Positions 56,481-64,000 of a stretch of DNA of 64,000 bases are shown here, in pieces. The notes beneath the pieces were generated by a model. That model did no database searches, was not told where the DNA came from, and saw only the letters and a program-made list of their open reading frames with translations. The stretch lies in contig OZ253462.1 of the NCBI GenBank assembly GCA_965261395.1, positions 704,001-768,000 on the forward strand, read 5' to 3'. The stretch is from Candidatus Latescibacterota bacterium (GTDB lineage Bacteria; Latescibacterota; UBA2968; UBA8231). Numbering within the stretch: the stretch's first letter is position 1; every line of letters starts with the position of its first letter. The position numbers and the translations under genes were made by a program.

Positions 56481-57608
56481 ATGGAGATTCTCCTCGAATT
56501 CCTCACCACCACGGCCGTGGCCAACATGTCGGGCGGCAACCTGTTGATGATCGCTATCGGCGCGGTCTTCATCCTCCTCGCCATCCGCAAAGACTACGAG
56601 CCGCTGCTGCTGTTGCCGATTGGCTTCGGCTGCATCGTGGGTAATCTCCCGTCTATCTCCAGCATGGCCATCGGCGTGTACGACAAAGGCAGCGTGCTCT
56701 ACTACATCTACTTTGGCGTCAGCCAAGGGATCTTTCCGCCGCTGATCTTTCTCGGCATCGGCGCGATGACCGATTTCTCGACCATGCTCTCCAGCCCTCG
56801 GCTGGTGCTGCTGGGGGCTGCGGCGCAGACGGGCATTTTCCTGACCTTGATCGGCGCGCTTTACCTAGGCTTCACTCCTACCGAGGCCGGGGCCATCGGC
56901 ATTATCGGCGGGGCCGACGGGCCGACGGCGATCTTCCTCGCGGCCAAGCTGGCTCCTCACCTGCTCGGGGCTATCGCCATTGCTGCGTACTCCTACATGG
57001 CCCTCGTGCCGGTCATCCAGCCACCGGTGATGAAACTTTTGACCACTCGCCGCGAACGGCTGATTCGCATGAAGCCCCCGCGCGAGGTCTCGCAGCGCGA
57101 AAAGATTATCTTTCCCATCGCCGCCTTCCTCATCTGCGCGCTCCTCGCCCCGGGCGCGATCGGCTTGATCGGCATGCTGTTCTTCGGCAATCTGCTCAAG
57201 GAAAGCGGCGTCACCGAGCGCTTGGCCCAGACCGCCCGCACCGCGATGGTCGATATCGTCACCATCCTCCTCGGGTTCTCAGTGGGCTGCTCGACCCAAG
57301 CCCAAACCTTTCTCACGCCGCAGTCGGTACTCATCTTCAGCCTCGGCGCTCTGTCCTTTGCAGTCGCCACGGCCAGCGGCGTACTCTTCGCCAAGTTTTT
57401 GAACCTCTTCACCAAAGACAAAATCAACCCTCTCGTCGGCGCTGCCGGGGTCTCGGCTGTGCCCGACTCGGCCCGCGTGGTGCAGATGATGGGCCAGCGG
57501 GAAGACCCCAATAACTACCTGCTGATGCATGCGATGGCCCCCAATATCGCCGGGGTCATCGGCTCGGCGGTAGCTGCCGGCGTCTTGTGGTCCGTGCTGG
57601 TGGGATAG
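56481..57608 (+). CDS. oadB: Na+-translocating decarboxylase beta subunit
   Basis: YEPLLLLPIGFG, GIGAMTDF, IGIIGGADGPTAIF, AAYSYMALVP, GVSAVP and HAMAPN. Confidence 0.95.
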   Translation: MEILLEFLTTTAVANMSGGNLLMIAIGAVFILLAIRKDYEPLLLLPIGFGCIVGNLPSISSMAIGVYDKGSVLYYIYFGVSQGIFPPLIFLGIGAMTDFSTMLSSPRLVLLGAAAQTGIFLTLIGALYLGFTPTEAGAIGIIGGADGPTAIFLAAKLAPHLLGAIAIAAYSYMALVPVIQPPVMKLLTTRRERLIRMKPPREVSQREKIIFPIAAFLICALLAPGAIGLIGMLFFGNLLKESGVTERLAQTARTAMVDIVTILLGFSVGCSTQAQTFLTPQSVLIFSLGALSFAVATASGVLFAKFLNLFTKDKINPLVGAAGVSAVPDSARVVQMMGQREDPNNYLLMHAMAPNIAGVIGSAVAAGVLWSVLVG

Positions 57609-57625
57609 ACAACGAGGATGCGACC

Positions 57626-59425
57626 GTGAACAAGAAGAAAGTTCGCTTCATGTGTACCGCCTTTCGCGACGGCTTCCAGTCGGTCTATGGAGCGCGCGTT
57701 TTCACGTCCGATTTTCTGCCCGCCGTCGCCGCGGCCAAGGAAGCTGGCATCGACTACTTCGAGGCCGGCGGCGGGGCTTGCTTCCAATCGTTCTACTTCT
57801 ACTGCGGCGAAGACGCCTTTGCCGCGATGGACGCCTTTCGCGCAACGGTCGGCCCGGATGCCGACCTACAAACCTTGGCGCGGGGAGTCAACGTGGTCGG
57901 TCTCGAATCGCAGCCGAGCGACATCGTCAAGCTCCACGCCGAGCTCTTCAAAAAGCACGGCATCACGACCATCCGCAATTTCGATGCGCTCAACGATGTC
58001 GATAACCTCATCTACTCGGGGCAGTGCATCGTCGATGCCGGGCTCAAACACCAAGTCTGCATCACGCTGATGGAGCTGCCTCCGGGCTGCTCTGGTGCCC
58101 ACGACGCGGCCTTCTACACCGATACCTTGCGCCAGATACTAGACGCCGGCATCCCGTACGACGCCGTCTGCTTCAAGGATGCCTCGGGCACGGCCGTCCC
58201 CGCCAAAGTCTATGAAACCATCTCCGAGGCGCGTCTCATGCTGCCCGAGGACACCTTCATCCACTTCCACACGCACGAAACGGCCGGCATTGGCGTCAGT
58301 GCCAACATGGCCGCCCTCGACGCCGGTGCCAACGCCATCGACCTGTCTATGGCTCCTTGCTCTGGCGGCACCTGCCAGCCCGACATCATCGTCATGTGGC
58401 ACGCGCTGCGCGGCTCCGACTACGACCTCGACATCGACATCGACAAAATCCGCGACGCCGAGGAAGTCTTCAAGGAGTGCATGGCCGACTACTTCCTGCC
58501 GCCCGAAGCGGTGGCCGTGGAGCCGATGATTCCCTGGAGCCCCATGCCCGGCGGCGCGCTGACGGCCAACACCCAGATGCTGCGCGACAACGGCATCATG
58601 GACAAGTACCCGGATATGATCAAGGCCATGCGCGAGGTCGTCGAAAAGGGCGGGTTCGGCACCTCGGTGACGCCGGTCTCGCAATTTTACTTTCAGCAGG
58701 CTTTCAACAACGTCATGTTCGGTCCTTGGGAGCGGATCGCCGCGCCCTACGGCCAGATGGTCTTGGGCTACTTCGGCAAGACGCCGGTCGCGCCCGACCC
58801 CTCAGTCGTCGAAATCGCCGCTCAACAGCTCGAGCTAGAGCCAACGACCCAAAATCCACTCGAACGCAACGACGCCGACCCAAACAAGGGCGTCGAACCG
58901 GCCCGCAAACAACTACAAGAAGCCGGCCTCGCCGAGACAGACGAAAACATTTTCATCGTCGCCACCTGCCAAGACAAGGGCCTCGCCTTCCTCCAGGGAG
59001 AAGGCGAGATCGGCGTGCGCAAGGTGGAGAGAAAGCAAAAGGAAGAGGCCCCAACCGACGGTCCGGCGCACTATGCGATCACCGTCGATGGCCGTCGCTA
59101 TGCCGTAGCCATTGATGGCGACACGGCCACCGTGGATGGCCGCCGCTTCCAAGTCAGCTTGGATCCAGCGACCGATGGGGCGGCTCCCCCGCCGGCGCCC
59201 AAGGCTGATGGGGGCACACCCGTGCAAGCCCAGATGCCCGGGAAAGTAATCCGCTATCTTGCCCAAGTCGGCGACCGCGTAGAAGCGGGCGACGGAATCA
59301 TAGTGCTCGAAGCCATGAAAATGGAAATGCCGGTAACGGCTCCCGTCGGGGGCACGGTCACCGATATTTCGGTGGATGCCGGAGATCAGGTGGCCAACGG
59401 ACAGGTGCTAGCGCACATAAGCTAA
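57626..59425 (+). CDS. oadA: Oxaloacetate decarboxylase alpha / pyruvate carboxylase beta-type carboxyltransferase with a biotinyl domain
   Basis: FRDGFQS, NFDALND, FKDASG, HTH, MPGG, VTPVSQ and C-terminal EAMKME. GTG start after GAGG. Confidence 0.85.
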   Translation: MNKKKVRFMCTAFRDGFQSVYGARVFTSDFLPAVAAAKEAGIDYFEAGGGACFQSFYFYCGEDAFAAMDAFRATVGPDADLQTLARGVNVVGLESQPSDIVKLHAELFKKHGITTIRNFDALNDVDNLIYSGQCIVDAGLKHQVCITLMELPPGCSGAHDAAFYTDTLRQILDAGIPYDAVCFKDASGTAVPAKVYETISEARLMLPEDTFIHFHTHETAGIGVSANMAALDAGANAIDLSMAPCSGGTCQPDIIVMWHALRGSDYDLDIDIDKIRDAEEVFKECMADYFLPPEAVAVEPMIPWSPMPGGALTANTQMLRDNGIMDKYPDMIKAMREVVEKGGFGTSVTPVSQFYFQQAFNNVMFGPWERIAAPYGQMVLGYFGKTPVAPDPSVVEIAAQQLELEPTTQNPLERNDADPNKGVEPARKQLQEAGLAETDENIFIVATCQDKGLAFLQGEGEIGVRKVERKQKEEAPTDGPAHYAITVDGRRYAVAIDGDTATVDGRRFQVSLDPATDGAAPPPAPKADGGTPVQAQMPGKVIRYLAQVGDRVEAGDGIIVLEAMKMEMPVTAPVGGTVTDISVDAGDQVANGQVLAHIS

Positions 59426-60126
59426 GCCACCTCCCCGGTCCACACCTCGCGCCGCGTCCCGTCGTCCTCGCGCAGCAGCAGTTGTCCGGCGGCACCAAAG
59501 CCTAGCACCACGCCCGTGTGCCCACCGACTGCGACGTACTGGCCTAAGTTGGCGCAGTGAGACTCCCACGCCGCACTCAGCGCCGCAAAGCCGCCTTTTC
59601 CCCAGCGCCCGATCCACACCTGCAAATGCGCCAGCAGTTCGTCCAAAGTCCTCTCGACATCTCGCTCGGCCCCCGTCTCAATCCGCAGCGAAGTAGCGGG
59701 CTGGCCGATGGACGCCGCCTCGTCGGCATCCATGTTGACGTTGAGGCCGATTCCGAGGACGACCCCATTGCAGCGCTCGGCCAAAATGCCGCAGATCTTG
59801 CGACCGCCCACTAGCACATCGTTGGGCCACTTGGTCTGAGCCGCCAAGCCCTTTTCCTCTAAATAGGCCACCACACCCAAAGCAGCGGCCTGCGGCAGCG
59901 ACAGAAACTGCAACGGCGACGCATCGCTCCGCAACAACACGGAAAAGGTCAGATTGCGGCCGGGCCGGGCGAGCCACTGCCGCTCGTAGCGACCCCGGCC
60001 AGCGGTCTGAGAACGAGCGGCGAGCACGAAGCCGTCGGGCAGGTCTCGGCCCTCGCGCAGCCACTCGACCAAGGTTGTATTAGTCGAGGGCAGTTCATCG
60101 TGCCACTGGGGTTTTTGGAATTGCAT
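59422..60126 (-). CDS. birA: Biotin-protein ligase (no HTH domain)
   Basis: STN, QTAGRGR, KWPNDVLVGGRKICGILAE and GIGLNVN. Confidence 0.95.
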   Translation of the reverse strand: MQFQKPQWHDELPSTNTTLVEWLREGRDLPDGFVLAARSQTAGRGRYERQWLARPGRNLTFSVLLRSDASPLQFLSLPQAAALGVVAYLEEKGLAAQTKWPNDVLVGGRKICGILAERCNGVVLGIGLNVNMDADEAASIGQPATSLRIETGAERDVERTLDELLAHLQVWIGRWGKGGFAALSAAWESHCANLGQYVAVGGHTGVVLGFGAAGQLLLREDDGTRREVWTGEVA

Positions 60127-60256
60127 CGTTCTAAAATATATATGACGAAGGTCGTGCGCCGGGAGAGCTCGCATTTGACCATGAGCTACGCCTTGGTATT
60201 ATTGTACAAGTTCCCTTCGAGCCGATCTCATGCCTTTTATCTATGGAGCCTCTCTC

Positions 60257-61630
60257 ATGCCTGTTTCTAGACGCCAATTCCTCAAAAGCGCGGCGGCCGT
60301 TTCCATCGGCTTTGCCGGCCTCCATCGTCACCTCGCGTGGGGCGCTCCAGCGCTCGAAAATAGCTTTGGGCCGCTCGTGCCCGACCCCGGAGGCATCCTC
60401 GACCTGCCCGAGGGTTTTAGCTATCGGGTTCTCGCACGCGCCGGCGAACTCATGGACGATGGTCTGCGATTGCCGGGCGCAGCCGACGGGATGGCTGCCT
60501 TCCCCGGGCCAGAAGGCCGCGTCGTTTTGGTGTGCAACCAAGAGCTGAGCCCCGGGTCGAAAGAAGCCGGTGCCTTTGGCGACGACAACGAGAATCTGGG
60601 CAAACTGCCCAAAGAAGATCTGTACGACTGGGGCCAAGGCCAGATGCCGTCCTTGGGCGGCACCACGAACATCGTGTACAACGCGCAAACCGGCGCAGTG
60701 GAGCGAAAATTTCTCAGCTTGGCCGGCACGGTGCGCAACTGCGCCGGTGGGCCGACCCCTTGGCATAGCTGGATTAGCTGCGAAGAGACGACCCAGCGGA
60801 TCGACGGGCCGATCGAAAAAGACCATGGCTACAACTTCGAGGTCCCCGCTACCACAGAAATCCGCCGCGCCGCGCCAGTGCCGCTCAAGGCCATGGGGCG
60901 CTTCGTGCACGAGGCCATCGCCGTCGATCCTCGCTCGGGAATCGTCTATCAGACCGAAGATACCGGCGACAGCTTGATCTACCGCTACATCCCCGACGCA
61001 CCGGGCAAACTAATAGCCGGCCGACTGCAAGCCTTAGCCGTAATCGACCATCCCGGCTTGGACACCCGCAACTGGGAAAAAGAGCTGGTGCGCCCAGGCG
61101 AGCCGCTCGCCGTGCGCTGGGTCGATATAGAAAACGTCGAGTCGCCAGACAACGACTTGCGCATTCAGGGCTTTGAGGGCAAGGGCTGCGCCCGCTTTGC
61201 CCGCGGCGAGGGCATGTGGTACGGCCGCGATGCGATTTACTTTGTCTGCACCAGCGGCGGCCGCAAAAAGAAAGGCCAGATCTTCCGCTACCAGCCTAGC
61301 CCGCACGAGGGCACGGCCGATGAGGGCAAGGCTCCGGGGACGCTCGAACTCTTTGTCGAGCCAAACGACGGCGACCTAGTCGACAACGCCGACAACCTCA
61401 CGGTCTCGCCCTTTGGCGACTTGATCGTCTGCGAAGACGGCAGCGGGGAAAACAACCTAGTCGGCGTAACGCCCGCCGGCCAGCTCTACCGCTTCGGGCA
61501 CAACCGCATGAACAATTCCGAATTCGCCGGCGCGACCTTCTCGCCCGACGGCCAAGTGCTCTTCGTCAATATCCAGCATCCCGGCACCACGCTGGCCATC
61601 TACGGCCCCTGGGATCAGCGGCGGTCCTGA
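60257..61630 (+). CDS. phoX: PhoX/DUF839 alkaline phosphatase with a Tat signal
   Basis: SRRQFLK Tat motif, DGMAAF, NCAGGPTPW.SWISCEE, MGRFVHEA, ARGEG, DNL, CEDG, EFAGATFSPDG..LFVNIQHPG. Confidence 0.9.
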   Translation: MPVSRRQFLKSAAAVSIGFAGLHRHLAWGAPALENSFGPLVPDPGGILDLPEGFSYRVLARAGELMDDGLRLPGAADGMAAFPGPEGRVVLVCNQELSPGSKEAGAFGDDNENLGKLPKEDLYDWGQGQMPSLGGTTNIVYNAQTGAVERKFLSLAGTVRNCAGGPTPWHSWISCEETTQRIDGPIEKDHGYNFEVPATTEIRRAAPVPLKAMGRFVHEAIAVDPRSGIVYQTEDTGDSLIYRYIPDAPGKLIAGRLQALAVIDHPGLDTRNWEKELVRPGEPLAVRWVDIENVESPDNDLRIQGFEGKGCARFARGEGMWYGRDAIYFVCTSGGRKKKGQIFRYQPSPHEGTADEGKAPGTLELFVEPNDGDLVDNADNLTVSPFGDLIVCEDGSGENNLVGVTPAGQLYRFGHNRMNNSEFAGATFSPDGQVLFVNIQHPGTTLAIYGPWDQRRS

Positions 61631-61701
61631 ACGTCCAAGCAGGGCAGCTAGTTCTCAAAGCCATTTGCAGTGGCTAGTCCCCTCCGGGGATGGCTGAGCC
61701 T

Positions 61702-61721
61702 GAGTCCGGCAGACGATACAG
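61702..61721. repeat. Direct repeat, copy 1
   Basis: GAGTCCGGCAGACGATACAG, identical to 63262-63281, with further partial identity on both sides. Confidence 0.8.
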
Positions 61722-61988
61722 AGTTGTGATTAGGGTGAGCTTGAGTTCGTTCCTCGATTTTGACGATTCCGGCGTCCAATCCGCAATAAGCTCGGAAGCT
61801 TCGAGCGCCTTCAGCGATAGGCGAATAAAGCTTTGAATCCGGCCACTCCTAGCCGCGTTTTCCCTTCCGCGTCTTGGCTTCAAACACCGGATCTGCCTTT
61901 TTATGGGACTCACACATCCAATGTCCCCACACTGATTAGTATAAAATAGGGGTTGACAAGGGGTTTATGGCCTTGACAATTTCAACAT

Positions 61989-62393
61989 ATGGCCAAAAAA
62001 ACTAAAAAAACTAAAACCAATGACATCGATAACACCGATCTTGAGTTTAGGAAGTACGTCTTACGATACAGGATTTTCGAAAAGACCACACCCTGGTTCT
62101 GGGGTTGCATATTGGCCTTTATCTTCTATCTAACAGTGGATAGCTTAGCCGGTAAAACAACCTTGGTTGATTTTGCTCTTAAGACTATTCTTGATCTTTC
62201 TCTTGATAGGTACGCTTCTTACCTCCTTACGCTCTTTGCAACTTCTTGGGCCATAAAAGAAAGTATACTGCGGAAAAAGACCATAAAGGAACTTGCCCCG
62301 GCGAAAGAAAATTCTGAGAAACTTATTGATCCTAACCGCGTCTCAAGTGACCTGACAGAAACAGGCGATACCCGACCGGAGGATAAGCTATGA
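61989..62393 (+). CDS. Hypothetical low-GC membrane protein (2 TM)
   Basis: Two hydrophobic segments and a C-terminal tail EKLIDPNRVSSDLTETGDTRPED. It overlaps the next gene (ATGA). Confidence 0.65.
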   Translation: MAKKTKKTKTNDIDNTDLEFRKYVLRYRIFEKTTPWFWGCILAFIFYLTVDSLAGKTTLVDFALKTILDLSLDRYASYLLTLFATSWAIKESILRKKTIKELAPAKENSEKLIDPNRVSSDLTETGDTRPEDKL

Positions 62394-62992
62394 ATCTCGA
62401 AATGGAAGCAATCGTAGCAGGCATTAGGCTTTTAGTTTGCCTGTCTATCGGGTGGATCATTTACTTCTGGGGCTATCGGAAGTACCGGACTGATTTACTC
62501 CGATACAAACTATTTATACTGCGGGATTCACTTTTCAGAACAACTTATAACATGGGGATTCCCTTTGACTCCCCCGCATATGTAGCGGTCCGTGACGTGC
62601 TAAATGGGCTTTTGCGTCATGCTCACAGAGTGAATCTTGGGGGATTACTGATTGTCTATTGGTGGAAAGACAAAGTCCCACAAAAAGAAGTAGAAGATTT
62701 AGAAGGAGTATTCGCAGCTATAAATGATGAAAAATATAAGAAGGTTATAATTGATACCTGTGAACGTATTATAAAAGAATTATTTTGGCACATACTAAAA
62801 GGTGCCCCTATCCTTTTTCTGTACTTGGTGTTCAAATTTTGCGCCGCGCTTACTCAAGAAAGCCGCAAGGCGTTCAAATTCAATATACAATCTTTGCAAC
62901 GCTTAGTTTGGGAAACTCACGTAAGATACGCAGCGGTGTTGACTGCATGGATATTCAAGACCTCTCCTACTCATAAGCACCTTGGAGGATAG
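62390..62992 (+). CDS. Hypothetical low-GC membrane protein
   Basis: N-terminal TM helix followed by DLLRYKLFILRDSLF..FDSPAY..R..LNGLLR.AH. GGAGG RBS. Confidence 0.65.
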   Translation: MNLEMEAIVAGIRLLVCLSIGWIIYFWGYRKYRTDLLRYKLFILRDSLFRTTYNMGIPFDSPAYVAVRDVLNGLLRHAHRVNLGGLLIVYWWKDKVPQKEVEDLEGVFAAINDEKYKKVIIDTCERIIKELFWHILKGAPILFLYLVFKFCAALTQESRKAFKFNIQSLQRLVWETHVRYAAVLTAWIFKTSPTHKHLGG

Positions 62993-63261
62993 GTCTCCCT
63001 TTCTTGTCATTCCGTAACACATTGCGTAACATACTATTACGGACAATCCTCCACGCCACAGGAAGGGGCCACTCAAAGCCAACAGCCTCCTTCTAAAACG
63101 CTCCTATGTCTAAGCAACAACCCATCTCGTGAAGGATCATCGGATAGAGCTAGCCCTCTGTCTGGGCTAGCGTAATGTTGTCCGGGTCCACGGCGATCCT
63201 GAACGTCCAAGCAGAGCAGCTAGTTCTCAAAGTCATTTGCAGCAGATCGTCCGCCGCGCCC

Positions 63262-63281
63262 GAGTCCGGCAGACGATACAG
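63262..63281. repeat. Direct repeat, copy 2
   Basis: GAGTCCGGCAGACGATACAG, 1560 bp downstream of copy 1. Confidence 0.8.
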
Positions 63282-63445
63282 CGCTGTGTAGTATTCTGCA
63301 CAGCGCTTTTTGCGGCATGCGCCTGTCTTCTCTGAAAATTGGGCTTGCAAAGCACTGGTACGCCAATTGCAAGAGTCTTGGGCCGACTGCTCAGGCGAGT
63401 TATATTTTTCCGCGAGGTCCTACCACGCCGATCCAATCCTCTCGA

Positions 63446-63514
63446 ATGACCAAACATAAAAACGTCCTCTTGCTCATCGCCGATAATTGGTCGCGGCTAG
63501 CCACCTGTTTTTGA
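63446..63514 (+). pseudogene. N-terminal remnant of a sulfatase-like gene
   Basis: MTKHKNVLLLIADNW resembles the sulfatase N-terminal NVLLIxxDD strand. It stops after 22 aa. Confidence 0.45.
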
Positions 63515-63524
63515 GCGCGGTATT

Positions 63525-64000
63525 ATGAGCCAGCCCTGCATCAGCGACGCCTCCTCCCTCAAGCCTCCCCCAGCCGTTCTCGACGCCGCGCTGGGCCGGC
63601 TCGGCTTTGCGAGTTTTCTACCCGGTCAACGCGAGGCCATAGAAACCCTGCTCGACATCGGTCGCCTGCTTTTGGTCGCCCCCACCGGCGGTGGCAAGAG
63701 CTTGACCTACCAGCTACCCGCGGCCCTCCTGCCGGGCACGGCCTTAGTGGTCTCGCCGCTCATCGCCCTGATGCACGATCAAGTCCAAGCACTAGAGCGG
63801 CGCGGCCTCGCCGCCACGTACCTATCCTCGACCCTCGATGGCGACGAGTTGCGCCGCCGCATGTACGGGGTGGCCCAAGGCCAGTACAAGCTGGTCTATG
63901 CCGCGCCCGAGCGGCTGACCTTCTCCGGCTTCCGCGCGCTCCTGAGCCAGATCAAGTGCTCGCTTATTGCCGTGGACGAGGCCCACTGCATCAGTGAGTG
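63525..64000 (+). CDS. recQ: RecQ family ATP-dependent DNA helicase (3'-truncated by the window)
   Basis: Not in the ORF track; translated by hand: GFASFLPGQREAI, APTGGGKSLTYQLPA, VVSPLIALMHDQV, YAAPERL and AVDEAHCISE. Confidence 0.9.
   Translation, partial: MSQPCISDASSLKPPPAVLDAALGRLGFASFLPGQREAIETLLDIGRLLLVAPTGGGKSLTYQLPAALLPGTALVVSPLIALMHDQVQALERRGLAATYLSSTLDGDELRRRMYGVAQGQYKLVYAAPERLTFSGFRALLSQIKCSLIAVDEAHCISE

Noticed and set aside
1-64000. CRISPR array, tRNA or rRNA genes
   Set aside because: No regularly spaced repeats or recognisable structural-RNA sequences were seen by eye.

Overview
A GC-rich bacterial chromosomal segment. The gene content is six PhyH-family Fe/2OG dioxygenases, three paralogous GHL10/DUF187-like TIM-barrel genes, a secreted FlgD-Ig/discoidin protein and many sugar-acid enzymes. 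This suggests a Latescibacterota/Poribacteria-like lineage, possibly host- or sponge-associated (inference only). Housekeeping and metabolic genes include topB, tag, uxuA, a YifB/ComM ATPase, an EndoQ/PHP-UvrD fusion, a transketolase-like enzyme, rfbA, oadGBA, birA, phoX and a partial recQ. They are interrupted by four lower-GC accessory islets: two HEPN-domain genes (5.7-8.3 kb); a HisG-HisE fusion with a DUF4160/DUF2442 pair, broken DUF2441 and DUF2971 genes and a deleted IS630 (20.5-27.2 kb); a three-gene putative ART-toxin module (40.8-42.8 kb); and two membrane genes bracketed by a 20-bp direct repeat (61.7-63.3 kb). The stand-out feature is at 14002-16934 (-). It encodes a single ~960-aa polypeptide that strings together conserved core blocks of both RpoB and RpoC, including an intact DFDGD motif. 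It lacks the flap, Zn ribbon, trigger loop and jaw, and its 5' end is frameshifted. The window also shows many small internally deleted gene relics and two in-frame amber stops. No rRNA, tRNA or CRISPR array was seen. All family calls come from motif recognition by eye, not from database searches.
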